Below, in pieces: positions 37,637-47,536 of a stretch of DNA of 64,000 nucleotides (the stretch's first letter is position 1; every line of letters begins with the position of its first letter). Source of the DNA: Parcubacteria group bacterium (GTDB taxonomy: Bacteria; Patescibacteriota; Patescibacteriia; UBA1558; GWA2-36-10); contig PQAE01000007.1 of assembly GCA_003104935.1 (NCBI GenBank), positions 47,221 through 111,220 of the forward strand. Direction: 5' to 3'. The notes below the pieces were generated by a model, which made no database searches, had not been told where the DNA came from, and worked only from the letters and a program-made list of their open reading frames with translations. A program made the translations under genes and the position numbers.

Positions 37637-39157
37637 TTAGCGGCTAAAAATCTTATTTCTATACTGCAAAGCCTCTAAAATATGACTGGGGCTAATTTGT
37701 TCACAGCCCTCTAAATCGGCGATAGTCCGCGCCACTTTTAGTATTTTAAAATAGGCCCGGGCGGACAAATCCAGCTGGTCAGTGGCCCGACTAAGTATCT
37801 GACGGGACTGATCATCGATAGCACAGAACTTTTTTATTTGCTGGACAGATAATTGATTGTTTAATTTTGCGCCCATACCGTTATATCTTTTATTTTGCCT
37901 ATTCCGCGCCGTGGCCACTCTTTGCCGAATAGACTCTGATGATTCTGTATTAATATTGACGCAATCTAATTCCTCACTCTTTACCTTGGAGACAAACAAA
38001 TGTAAATCTATCCGGTCCAAGAGCGGTCCGGATAATCTTTTTTGATAACGCTTGATGTCGTGGTTACTACAATGGCACTTATTGGTACTATCCAATAAGT
38101 ATCCGCAAGGGCAGGGATTGGCCGTGGCTAATAATATAAAATCCGCCGGAAAATCAAAACTGCCTTTGGCCCGAGATACGGTAATTATCTTATCTTCCAG
38201 GGGCTGGCGCAAAGCTTCTAAAACCGTACGGGGGAATTCCAATATTTCATCCAAAAATAAAACATTTTTGTGCGCCAGGCTGATTTCTCCGGGACGAGGC
38301 CAAGAGCCGCCGCCGACTATTGCCGAGACCGAAGCGCTGTGGTGGGGACTCCGCAAAAGCCGCTGGGAAATCAAGTGCTTTTGCCCAGTTAAAAGTCCGG
38401 CCAAACTAAAAATTTTTCCTATTTCCAAGGCTTCGGCTAAATCCAGAGGCGGTAAGATCGATAGAAAACTTTTGGCAAGCAATGTTTTGCCCGCTCCGGG
38501 CGGTCCGACCATCAGCACATTGTGCCCACCGGCGGCGGCGATCTCTAATACCCGTTTGGCTTCGGCCTGTCCCCTAACTTCGCTAAAATCTAGAGTGGAC
38601 TCCGCCAACGTGGGACAAAAATCAGTCTGGATTAGTGGATTAACGATAATTTTTTTATTTAAAAAATCCACCAGCTGTCGCAAGTGGCTAATCGGGTATA
38701 TTTCCAGGCCGCGAATCAGTGCCGCTTCAGCGGCGTTGGCCTCGGGAATGAAAACTTTGGAAAATCCGGCTTCTTGCAGAGCCGCTACCATGACCAAAAC
38801 TCCGGGTACGGCCTTGAGATCACCGGCTAATGATAATTCGCCGATAAAAGCCAACTTTTCTGTCGGTAAAATAAGCTCACCGCTGGCTAATAAAATACTG
38901 ACGGCGATCGGCAGGTCATAAGAACCGCCTTCTTTGCGGATTTGGGCCGGGGCCAGATTGACCACCACTTTTTTGCGGGGAAAATCTAAATCACTACTTT
39001 CAATAGCCGCCCAAACCCGCTCTTTGGCCTCTTGTACCGAAGTATCAGGCAGGCCGACAAAGATTATTTTGGGCAAATGGCGGGATAAATTTGCTTCTAC
39101 TTCTACCAATACTCCCTGCAAACCCAGCGGGGCCATGGTATAGACTTTTTCTGACAT
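37637..39157 (-). CDS. comM: YifB/ComM Mg-chelatase-like AAA+ ATPase
   Basis: VGLPD, GPPGAGKT, PGEISLAH, NPCPCG, SGPLLDRID. Confidence 0.95.
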   Translation of the reverse strand: MSEKVYTMAPLGLQGVLVEVEANLSRHLPKIIFVGLPDTSVQEAKERVWAAIESSDLDFPRKKVVVNLAPAQIRKEGGSYDLPIAVSILLASGELILPTEKLAFIGELSLAGDLKAVPGVLVMVAALQEAGFSKVFIPEANAAEAALIRGLEIYPISHLRQLVDFLNKKIIVNPLIQTDFCPTLAESTLDFSEVRGQAEAKRVLEIAAAGGHNVLMVGPPGAGKTLLAKSFLSILPPLDLAEALEIGKIFSLAGLLTGQKHLISQRLLRSPHHSASVSAIVGGGSWPRPGEISLAHKNVLFLDEILEFPRTVLEALRQPLEDKIITVSRAKGSFDFPADFILLATANPCPCGYLLDSTNKCHCSNHDIKRYQKRLSGPLLDRIDLHLFVSKVKSEELDCVNINTESSESIRQRVATARNRQNKRYNGMGAKLNNQLSVQQIKKFCAIDDQSRQILSRATDQLDLSARAYFKILKVARTIADLEGCEQISPSHILEALQYRNKIFSR

Positions 39158-39261
39158 AAAATCGCTTTCTCACCTAACAAAAAACTAACATTACTCTCCG
39201 ACGTTTTCTTCATAAACGCCAATCACTTCTTCAAATTAGCTTTAATCTTAGTAAAATTTGC

Positions 39262-39699
39262 CTAAACTGTCAAACCAGAATCATCTTTTTTACTTTTAGG
39301 CAAATTAAACAACAAAAGCCAGACCACCCCAATAGTAATATAACTATCCGCCAGATTAAACACAAAAAAATTGGGCCAACTCAAAAAATCTATCACCCCA
39401 TGATAAAATAAACGGTCAATCAGGTTACTGATCGCTCCGATGATGATCAAAGACCATGGCCAAAGCATGATACTTTTATTTTTCCGACTCTTGTCGGCAT
39501 AGTAAAACAGAAAAAATAAAATAATAACCGCCAGAGGATAATACATCCAGGCGATCATGGGCCAGGAAAAGGCCATGTGCGGATTGATACTAAAACTAAT
39601 AAAGCCCCCGCGACTGCCAGAGAGCGATGGGCTTATGAAGAAAATTAATTTAGTAACCCGATCAATGACAAATAGTAATAAAATGCCCCAATAGAACAT
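39262..39699 (-). CDS. lspA: Signal peptidase II
   Basis: GAISNLIDR, VIDF, FNLADSYI. Confidence 0.85.
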   Translation of the reverse strand: MFYWGILLLFVIDRVTKLIFFISPSLSGSRGGFISFSINPHMAFSWPMIAWMYYPLAVIILFFLFYYADKSRKNKSIMLWPWSLIIIGAISNLIDRLFYHGVIDFLSWPNFFVFNLADSYITIGVVWLLLFNLPKSKKDDSGLTV

Positions 39700-40061
39700 T
39701 ATAATGATTTTTGCTTGCAACTCATGCAAGAAGTGGCCGAGGGGAAAGCTTCTAGTCTCTCCAGAGAAATAGGTTGCCCGCACCTTTCACATAGGCCATA
39801 CTTACCCTGCTCTATCTTTTCAATGGCTTTATTGACATTAAAAAGAGAGACCTCTAGGGTCTTTTCTAATGACAGATTTTTCTCAAAAGTGGCTACCTCC
39901 GCCGCGTTTTCGTCATCCTTATCGCCGAAGTCCACAAATTTGGCGTCATAATTATTATCACCAACCTGCTCGGCATCGACGTTTAATTCCCGCAGCAGTT
40001 CCTCGCGGCGTTTTTCCAAATCTTTTTTCCTTTCAGCTATAAATTTTGCGTCCATTTTCAT
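39699..40061 (-). CDS. DksA/TraR C4 zinc-finger protein
   Basis: YGLCERCGQPISLERLEAFPSATSCMSC. Confidence 0.9.
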   Translation of the reverse strand: MKMDAKFIAERKKDLEKRREELLRELNVDAEQVGDNNYDAKFVDFGDKDDENAAEVATFEKNLSLEKTLEVSLFNVNKAIEKIEQGKYGLCERCGQPISLERLEAFPSATSCMSCKQKSL

Positions 40062-40267
40062 ATTAGTGCTTTCTACACCCCTTTAAACATATTAACATAT
40101 TAGCAAATAAAGCCAATAAAATCAATTGCCCGGAGGGCAATTGCCCCGGCCGAACAAAGTGAAGCGCTGGGGCCCATATCGTAAAATTTCTAAAAGTTTT
40201 TATCAATAATCTTATTGTTTCTAAAATTGAAACGACAAAATTTTTTTCATATTTTGGTAAATTAATA

Positions 40268-40641
40268 AGGCGCACTCTGGTGCCCCTAAAAGCTAATGTT
40301 TTAAGTGGGCGGTGGTACGCCTTATACCTCTGCAATACAGCAGCTTTGACTTTTTGTAAGTCGAAATTGGACTGCATGTTGTGATGCAAAGATCTGATGC
40401 CCCTACTCTTACTCAAGAGGCTATAGCTAACTACCGAACCACGGTTGTTTCTCCGCTTTTTAGGCGAGGATGAACCTTTTTGTTTTTGTTTTATTTCGCC
40501 CATGGGGCGACCACCCTATGGGTGATGTTGGTGAAGCGGTAAGGGCGCTTCTATTTTTTTTGCTGGTTCAGTAACTAGCAAAGAGTTACCCATTAATCTA
40601 AACTAATGGCCAATTCCTTGGTGATATAAAGGTACTTATCT
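40268..40641 (-). ncRNA. Candidate structured non-coding RNA (unidentified)
   Basis: TTGACA-17 bp-TATACT promoter (40676-40648) followed by ~370 nt packed with short hairpins. Confidence 0.4.
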
Positions 40642-40785
40642 ACTGTAAGTATATCATATTGTGAACAATGTGTCAATAATAATTATTGGCTAATTTTAGC
40701 AAAAAAAATGATTAAAAAAAGTATATATTGACACAACAACAATAATATCTTCTGAGAAATCAACAGGTTATCCACAGCACTAATA

Positions 40786-42135
40786 CTAAAAACATAATTG
40801 CCAACCTCGGCTCTGTTCCTCTGACAATCCAAAAATCTCTAAAAGACCTATGTTTTCCGACTTCAAATAATCTTTTATAGCCCCTTGGGGCAACTTATCT
40901 ACCTGCCAGATCATAAAATCCTTGATTTTAGGAGCCTCTGACTGGTCACATTGATTCCACCAGTCACTCACAAAGGAGCTGCGGCTGATAAACTGCTCCA
41001 ACCATAGTTGAGAATTGCCTACATAATAGGTAGTGTTGCTCTGCCAACCAAACAAATTGTCAAACTGCCAATATTGCTGATCACGATAGTCGTGTTTGCT
41101 CACATTTTCTGGCTTTTCGGCCATTAATTCAGTATATTTTGTACCGTCGGACAAGGTTTTAGTCCTTTCAGCTAGGGTAAGCTGGCTAGCCAGATCTATC
41201 AGCAGGGACTGCCAGTCGCTGGAGCCGGCGATAAGCCAATCCGGACCCCTTTGTAACACCAGGTTACCCCCGGTCAAAAGCTGTTGATCCGTGCCATATA
41301 AACTATCATATGGTAGACTCTGAAAAATTGGCTTTATCAGATATTCTTTAATAAAAGTAAGGTTATCCGCTGAATCCGTACTATAACCCAGAGCTAATTC
41401 AAAGTCGGTAGGTATAGGCACACTCTCCCAGAATGGTTGGTTAAGGTCTGCCCGCGCTTGACCGGACAGAGGTTGGCTCAATTTTATTATTTTTTTATTA
41501 CCCCGACTATAAAAATTTAGATAAAACTCCGGGCCATCAACAAAAGTATTTAGCCAACCTGCGAGCGGATCTAGCACGGGCCAAGATTTGTCCGTATGCC
41601 AGTAGATATTTATACCGACCTTATTCGGCATCTGATCCCAATGAGTGTTGGGCTGGTCAGAAATATCCGCCGCCGCTTCCGTTTGGTTGCTAATAGCCAA
41701 AATATTGTTTGCCAACTGACGATAATAATAATCGGGTTGATCTTTTTTTAATTTTTTAATCAGCGGAGAGACTGGTTCGTTTAAAACCAATAGCCAAGAA
41801 TTAGCGGAAAGGTGGTTTGCCGTCTTAAACCATAATCTATCCTTAATTTTACTGTAGTCACCGGACAAGATGTTCTGCAAAAACCGGTCTTGATCGAGCC
41901 AGGCCTGATAATTGATGATGTTTTTGTCTTTAACCCAATTGACCATGGGATCGCTGACCGTTGCCGGCTGATAATAAAAAATAGTATCCTCCGGCAGGAA
42001 AGAAAATACCGAAAATGTCTTTTTTGGCCAAGCCCAAAATATAATAACGGCTAATAATAAAACGGCCAGGGCTACTACCAAACCGATTAAGCCCGGCCGT
42101 TTTATATAACCTAATATAACTGCTTTACTAAGCAT
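40786..42135 (-). CDS. Hypothetical membrane-anchored protein
   Basis: 449-aa ORF with N-terminal TM. Confidence 0.75.
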   Translation of the reverse strand: MLSKAVILGYIKRPGLIGLVVALAVLLLAVIIFWAWPKKTFSVFSFLPEDTIFYYQPATVSDPMVNWVKDKNIINYQAWLDQDRFLQNILSGDYSKIKDRLWFKTANHLSANSWLLVLNEPVSPLIKKLKKDQPDYYYRQLANNILAISNQTEAAADISDQPNTHWDQMPNKVGINIYWHTDKSWPVLDPLAGWLNTFVDGPEFYLNFYSRGNKKIIKLSQPLSGQARADLNQPFWESVPIPTDFELALGYSTDSADNLTFIKEYLIKPIFQSLPYDSLYGTDQQLLTGGNLVLQRGPDWLIAGSSDWQSLLIDLASQLTLAERTKTLSDGTKYTELMAEKPENVSKHDYRDQQYWQFDNLFGWQSNTTYYVGNSQLWLEQFISRSSFVSDWWNQCDQSEAPKIKDFMIWQVDKLPQGAIKDYLKSENIGLLEIFGLSEEQSRGWQLCF

Positions 42136-42147
42136 TAAAATTGATAA

Positions 42148-44358
42148 CTAGTGGCGATTAAAGCGCGGACGGCGGTCATGATCGCGGGTCGGACGCCGCG
42201 GACGATCTACATAACCCTCCGGACGGGGCAAAAGCGCCTTGATGGACAGGCCGACGCGGCCTTTTTCCTTGTCCACTTCCATTACTTTTACCTTAACTTT
42301 ATCGCCCAGTTTCAAAACATCGCTGATTTTCTCTACGCGGGTATAAGAGATCTCGGAAATATGCACCATGCCGTCCTTACCGGGTAAAAGCTGGGCAATG
42401 GCTCCGATTTCGGCCCCGGTATTTTTATCCGTAACAATACGGACTATTTCACCGTCATAAATCTCGCCTACTTGAAGTTCTTTGACGATATTTTCAATCC
42501 ACTCTTTGGCCCGGCGCGCACCGTCCTCGTCGGTAGAAGTGATCATCACTAATCCATCTTGTTCTACGTCGATGGTGACACCGCATTTTTCGATAATTTC
42601 ATTGATTACTTTGCCGCCACTGCCGATAACATCGCGGATTTTTTCCGGATCAATACGCAGAGTAGTAATGCGGGGAGCATATTGGGAAAGTTCTGGCCGG
42701 GGCTGAGCGATCACGGCGTCCATCACATCCAAAACTTGATGGCGGGCTTTTTTAGCACCGGCTAAAGCTTCTTCTAAAACCTTGTAGGCTACACCGCCGA
42801 GCTTGATGTCTAATTGGATGGCGGTAATGCCGTTTCTGGTACCGGCTACTTTAAAATCCATATGACCGGAATGGTCCTCAATACCCTGAATATCGGTCAG
42901 GATCTGATATTTATTTTTATCATTATCATCAACTACTAGCCCCATGGCAATGCCAGCCACGGCGGCTTTGATCGGCACCCCGGCATCCATCAAAGATAAA
43001 CTGGAACCACAAACTGAAGCCTGGGAAGAAGAACCGTTTGATCCTAACACCTCGGAAACAACGCGGATGGTATAGGGAAAATCCTCATCCGCCGGCAATA
43101 CCGGTTCAATAGCTTTTTCCGCCAAAGCCCCGTGGCCGATTTCCCGGCGTCCGGGACCACGCAAAGGCCGTACTTCTCCCACGGAAAATCCGGGAAAGTT
43201 ATAATGATGCATATATTTCTTGGTGCCGGACTCTTCCATAGTATCCAAAGTCTGTTCGTCGCCCGGAGCGCCCAGGGTTACCACGGACAACACTTGCGTT
43301 TCGCCACGATTAAATAAGGCGCTGCCATGGGTACGCGGTAACAGTGCGACTTCGGCCGAAAGATTTCTGATTTCATCAAATTTTCTTTTGTCCGGTCTTT
43401 GTTTTTTTTGCAGAACTAAAGATTTAAAGGCTCTGGTTAGAGCTTCATCAATCATAGACACTCCCATCGCTCGCATATCTTTGGTAACTTCATTATCGGC
43501 CTTGAGCACGGCATCTATTTTTTCAGTAATAGCTGTAATAGCGGCCTTAGTTTTGGATTTATCGGGATTAAAACAATCCTCCAGATTTTCCTGAGCCAAA
43601 AGTTCTTCCACTTTAGCACTGACCTTATCGCGCAGAGCTTGTTTTTCCGGATCTAATTCGGTTTCCACCTTACGCTCACCCACTTCACTGATGATCTGCT
43701 CGATAAAAGGCATGATTTTTTTGATATGCCGTCCGGCAAACTCAATTCCGGCAAACATATCATCCTCCGAGACCTGCTGGGCGCCGGCTTCGATCATTAT
43801 CACTTCTTCTTTATTGCCGACGACAAATAATTCCAAATCACTTTTTGCTTTAGCCTCCACCGTCGGGTTCAAAACCCACTCCGTGCCGATCCGTCCGACC
43901 TGGACACCGGCCAAAGGGCCACCCCAGGGGATAGAGGAAATACCCAAGGCAATAGAAGAAGCAATGACCGCGGGAAAATCGGGGTCATTGATCCCATCAT
44001 AAGATAAAACCGTGACTACCACCTGCACATCATTACGTTCACTCTCCTTAAATAAGGGACGGATAGAACGATCGATCAGGCGGGCGGTCAAAACTGCCTC
44101 GTCGGTAGCCCGACCTTCGCGCTTGATAAAACGCGAACCCTTGATCTTGCCGGCGGCATAGAGCTTTTCTTCATAATCGACCATCAGCGGAAAGTAATCG
44201 ATGCCTTCGCGGATGGCAGACGAGCTCACGGCAGTAGCTAAAACTACAGTATCGCCGTAACTTACTGTACAGGACCCTTGGGCCTGCTGGGCTAGTTTGC
44301 CGACCTCTACTTTGAGCTCTTGGCCGGCCACTTCCATATTAAATTGTTTGATTGACAT
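42148..44358 (-). CDS. pnp: Polyribonucleotide nucleotidyltransferase
   Basis: RLIDRSIRPLF, RREIGHGALA, DFKVAGT; KH and S1 domains. Confidence 0.98.
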   Translation of the reverse strand: MSIKQFNMEVAGQELKVEVGKLAQQAQGSCTVSYGDTVVLATAVSSSAIREGIDYFPLMVDYEEKLYAAGKIKGSRFIKREGRATDEAVLTARLIDRSIRPLFKESERNDVQVVVTVLSYDGINDPDFPAVIASSIALGISSIPWGGPLAGVQVGRIGTEWVLNPTVEAKAKSDLELFVVGNKEEVIMIEAGAQQVSEDDMFAGIEFAGRHIKKIMPFIEQIISEVGERKVETELDPEKQALRDKVSAKVEELLAQENLEDCFNPDKSKTKAAITAITEKIDAVLKADNEVTKDMRAMGVSMIDEALTRAFKSLVLQKKQRPDKRKFDEIRNLSAEVALLPRTHGSALFNRGETQVLSVVTLGAPGDEQTLDTMEESGTKKYMHHYNFPGFSVGEVRPLRGPGRREIGHGALAEKAIEPVLPADEDFPYTIRVVSEVLGSNGSSSQASVCGSSLSLMDAGVPIKAAVAGIAMGLVVDDNDKNKYQILTDIQGIEDHSGHMDFKVAGTRNGITAIQLDIKLGGVAYKVLEEALAGAKKARHQVLDVMDAVIAQPRPELSQYAPRITTLRIDPEKIRDVIGSGGKVINEIIEKCGVTIDVEQDGLVMITSTDEDGARRAKEWIENIVKELQVGEIYDGEIVRIVTDKNTGAEIGAIAQLLPGKDGMVHISEISYTRVEKISDVLKLGDKVKVKVMEVDKEKGRVGLSIKALLPRPEGYVDRPRRPTRDHDRRPRFNRH

Positions 44359-44524
44359 AAATGTCTCCTCAGACTGACTAGAGAATTGATGCGACAAATA
44401 TCAACGCGGTAAATTTTACCGGACTAATATCTGCCTACCAATACTCTGCCCCAGTCTATTAATTAATGAATTAAAGGCCCCGCCAGCTCCGCCACCCGGC
44501 AGATCAAACAGGGCCGCTATATTA

Positions 44525-44881
44525 TTACTCTTTTACTTCTTCGTTCTCTTCGATGACTTCCTCTTCCGGGGTTTCCAAACCCAGGTCAATAGCGTCCTCC
44601 AACTTTTGGCCGCTCTTGATCTTTAGTTTTAAAATCTTGACCAGCTTGGTAAAGCGCTTTTCATCTTCGCGCTCCAGATAGCGGAGCAGTTTGTGACGGA
44701 GCGATACTTTGGCCAACAAACCGCGGCGGGAAGAATAATCTTTTTTGTTTTCCCGCAAGTGTTTGGTCAGTTCTTTTATTTCTTCGGTCAAAATCGCAAT
44801 TTGGACTTCAGTGGAACCGGTATCGCTCTTGTGGGTCTTGAACTTCTCGATAATTTGCTGTTTTTTTCTCTTTTCTAACAT
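44525..44881 (-). CDS. rpsO: 30S ribosomal protein S15 with acidic C-terminal extension
   Basis: DTGSTEVQIAILT, KDYSSRRGL. Confidence 0.95.
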   Translation of the reverse strand: MLEKRKKQQIIEKFKTHKSDTGSTEVQIAILTEEIKELTKHLRENKKDYSSRRGLLAKVSLRHKLLRYLEREDEKRFTKLVKILKLKIKSGQKLEDAIDLGLETPEEEVIEENEEVKE

Positions 44882-45001
44882 ATTTTTCCTTTTACGCCTT
44901 TGACCGAGCTTAGCCCCGAGTTAGCGATGTCGGGCCAGACCAAGCCAGAGGTAATTAATTAAGTGTCTATAAACTAACATTTTGAAGGGGAAAAGTCAAT
45001 C

Positions 45002-45988
45002 CTACAAAGGAAAGTCTAAAAGGCCTTTTAACTTCATAGTATTACCGTAACCAAATAGCCCTAAATACGATTGTTTAGTAAATTCATTGTAGTTTTTTAA
45101 TTTGAGCCTGGTCAACATTCTTTTTTTACTTGTTGTCCTCAAAACACGATGATCTGTAAAATGTACCCACCCTAAAAAATCTATACCGGAATACAGGGTT
45201 TTAATAAAAACCTTATCGGGATGTAATTGTAATCGCAAATCATTATTTAAAAAATGTTTTATCACGCCCAAAATATTTTCTAACCATTTTTTGTCCTTAG
45301 ATAATATAACAAAATCATCGGCATATCGAATATAATATTTGGCTTTTAGCTTATGTTTTACAAACTGGTCAAATGTATTCATATAAACATTGACTAGTAG
45401 TTGTGATGTCAAATTTCCTAAAGGTAAACCTTTGTTATTGATGTGAAAACTATCAATCACTCTATTTAATAGCCATAAAATATTTTCATCAGCTATATAC
45501 TGACTTAAAATATCTATTAATATACTATGATCAATATTGGCAAAAAATTTCTTAATATCTCCTTTCAACACCCAAGCTGTTTTGGTATGATTTTGAGATG
45601 CTCGATAAGCAAAATTACAAAACTTGTTTATGGCCTTGTGAGTCCCTTTACCTAAACGGCAGGAATAAGAATCAGCAATAAATGTCGTGTCAAAAAAAGG
45701 ATACAAAACCCTATAGATAGCGTGATGTAATAGTCTATCGCGAACACTGGCCTTATGAATGTTTCTTGGTTTAGGGTCAGAAATATTGAAAGCCTGATAA
45801 TCCGAATGCCAATAAGTCTTATTTTTCAAATCACTATGTAGAGCTATAATATTACTCATTAAATCTAATTCAAATTCTTGGACATCCCGACGACTTCTTT
45901 TGCCTTTGATAAACTCCTGCCAGGCTAAAAGCAAATTTTCCAAAGAAATGATATAATCATAACTATAATTAAATTTAATTTTGCTCAT
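45002..45988 (-). CDS. DGR reverse transcriptase 2
   Basis: RDRLLHHAI, GLPLGNLTSQ, YIRYADDF, GIDFLGW. Confidence 0.95.
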   Translation of the reverse strand: MSKIKFNYSYDYIISLENLLLAWQEFIKGKRSRRDVQEFELDLMSNIIALHSDLKNKTYWHSDYQAFNISDPKPRNIHKASVRDRLLHHAIYRVLYPFFDTTFIADSYSCRLGKGTHKAINKFCNFAYRASQNHTKTAWVLKGDIKKFFANIDHSILIDILSQYIADENILWLLNRVIDSFHINNKGLPLGNLTSQLLVNVYMNTFDQFVKHKLKAKYYIRYADDFVILSKDKKWLENILGVIKHFLNNDLRLQLHPDKVFIKTLYSGIDFLGWVHFTDHRVLRTTSKKRMLTRLKLKNYNEFTKQSYLGLFGYGNTMKLKGLLDFPL

Positions 45989-46049
45989 ATGACAGATTAT
46001 ACCCCCCCCCCGTCTATTACCAGTACTTCAAAAACTAAAAAGTGTTTAT

Positions 46050-46364
46050 TTGCTATGGTATAGCTATTACCAAGTTTTGCCAAAAAATCATCGCTATTCT
46101 CTGGGAATAAAAGTTGATAATTTACTGACGGAAACAATAGAATCAGTGGCTACGGCTATTTTCTTGGTACCCAACGACAAATTACCATACGTGCGACGAG
46201 GCATTCAGAAATTAGACACCTTAAAAATATTTCTAATGATTCTCTGGGAAACGAAATCTTTAGACGATAATAAATATATCGCCTTGTCAGTAAAAATAGA
46301 CGAGGTTGGCAAAATGTTGGGTGGCTGGCAAGGACAGATATTAAAACAAAACTCTCCTAAATAA
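46050..46364 (+). CDS. avd: Avd-like accessory protein 2 (frame extends upstream to the poly-C tract)
   Basis: LPKNHRYSLGIKVD...EVGKMLGGW; upstream in-frame LPVLQKLKSVY. Confidence 0.85.
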   Translation: MLWYSYYQVLPKNHRYSLGIKVDNLLTETIESVATAIFLVPNDKLPYVRRGIQKLDTLKIFLMILWETKSLDDNKYIALSVKIDEVGKMLGGWQGQILKQNSPK

Positions 46365-46382
46365 ATTAGGAGAGAAACGAAG

Positions 46383-46507
46383 TATTTGCAGACCGCCGCG
46401 GGGTTGTTGTCGTTGAAGTTGTTGTCCAGGTAGTTGTAGTTCCAGTTCCACTGCTGGCCATTCCAGTAGAGATAGCGGACGTACAAGTTGCCGTTGGAGT
46501 TGCGGTA
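46383..46507 (-). repeat. DGR2 template repeat (TR)
   Basis: 125-bp match to VR 46926-47050; all 12 differences fall at TR adenines. Confidence 0.95.
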
Positions 46508-46813
46508 TTATATATAATGCCGTCTATAGCACTGCCCATAGACCCGTTCGACTCCATCCCGCGATGCGGGACTTCGCTCAGGGTCATCCCGAATTTATTG
46601 AAGGATGAATACTCGCCGGGCTGTATCGTATTTGTGATCTAAAATCACTTAGCACTATATACCAAGTATCTTCATTTTTTGAGTTTCTAGGCATCTCTCT
46701 ATCTTAAACCGCAGTCTAAGCTATTCTCAATGCATAGATACTGGATTCGGCCGTAAAAAACCTTGATCTTTTACTGATTAGCCTAGTACCAATTATACTT
46801 TATCATAAATTGA

Positions 46814-46897
46814 AGAAGCCTCATACATTACTGTATGAGGCTTCTCGTTTTTGTATAGCTACAAAGTCTAAGGTCAAAGGACTTAAGGGTAAGTCCT
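46814..46897 (-). terminator. Hairpin and terminator downstream of the DGR2 VR
   Basis: AGGACTTA-aggg-TAAGTCCT (46878-46897) and AGAAGCCTCATAC/GTATGAGGCTTCT. Confidence 0.65.
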
Positions 46898-46924
46898 AAG
46901 AACCAAAGCACTAAGTGCTATATG

Positions 46925-47503
46925 TTACTTGCAGACCGCCGCGGGGTTGCCGTCGTTGAAGTAGCTGCCCAGGTAGTAGTAGTTCCAGTTCCACTGCTGG
47001 CCATCCCAGTAGAGATAGCGGACGCACAAGTCGCCGTAGGAGCTGCGGTAGATGGTACCCCAGAAGTAGGTGTACTTTCCTTTCCACTCCTCGGGAATGA
47101 ACTGGGGATTTTTCAGATACCAATCCAAGAGATTGGCATTGAAGACCGGCTGGCCCTGGAGCTCCTTACGGAGATCGTGGCCTATGATCCAGCGACCGTC
47201 CTTCTTCCTCTCGGAGAGGTAGAGGCTGATCTTGGTGGGATCAAACTCCAACTTCCCACCACGGATGTGCTCCTCGACCTTCCAGCCGTCAGGCACGAAG
47301 GGGTTGGCGTCGAGGTCGACGATGTGTTTGGTGACGACGATCTGGGCCAGGCCGTGAAGCAGGGCTTTGATGTCGATGAGTTGAGGGTACTGACCCAGCA
47401 AAGTGATTTCTGCCGGAGTAAAATCCTTCGCCTCCAGAGCGTTCATCAGCTGATGAGTCTGACCCTCAGAATAAGAAGACATGTCTTCTCTCCTTTTTGG
47501 CAC
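46925..47503 (-). CDS. DGR2 target protein, C-terminal VR 46926-47050
   Basis: IPEEWKGKYTYFWGTIYR..CVRYLYWDGQQWNWNYYYLGSYFNDGNPAAV. Confidence 0.9.
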   Translation of the reverse strand: MPKRREDMSSYSEGQTHQLMNALEAKDFTPAEITLLGQYPQLIDIKALLHGLAQIVVTKHIVDLDANPFVPDGWKVEEHIRGGKLEFDPTKISLYLSERKKDGRWIIGHDLRKELQGQPVFNANLLDWYLKNPQFIPEEWKGKYTYFWGTIYRSSYGDLCVRYLYWDGQQWNWNYYYLGSYFNDGNPAAVCK

Positions 47504-47536
47504 ATGTGCCTTGATTCGCCAGAGGGCTCCATTTGG

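Larger units (their letters stand above)
45002..47503. mobile_element. Diversity-generating retroelement 2
   Basis: RT + Avd + TR + target with VR. Confidence 0.95.

Noticed and set aside
40063-40503. 146-aa ORF upstream of dksA
   Set aside because: No recognisable motif and it overlaps a hairpin-dense region; probably spurious, though not excluded.
40659-40776. Replication origin suggested by DnaA boxes
   Set aside because: Only one perfect box, no dnaA/dnaN nearby, and no divergent switch in gene orientation.
29024-45988. RTs as group II intron or retron enzymes
   Set aside because: Both are short, lack maturase/endonuclease domains, and sit with Avd and adenine-specific TR/VR pairs.
46205-46587. 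Minus-strand ORFs (93 aa and 73 aa) resembling the DGR2 target C-terminus
   Set aside because: They are translations of the template repeat (Asn-rich AAC codons), not genes.
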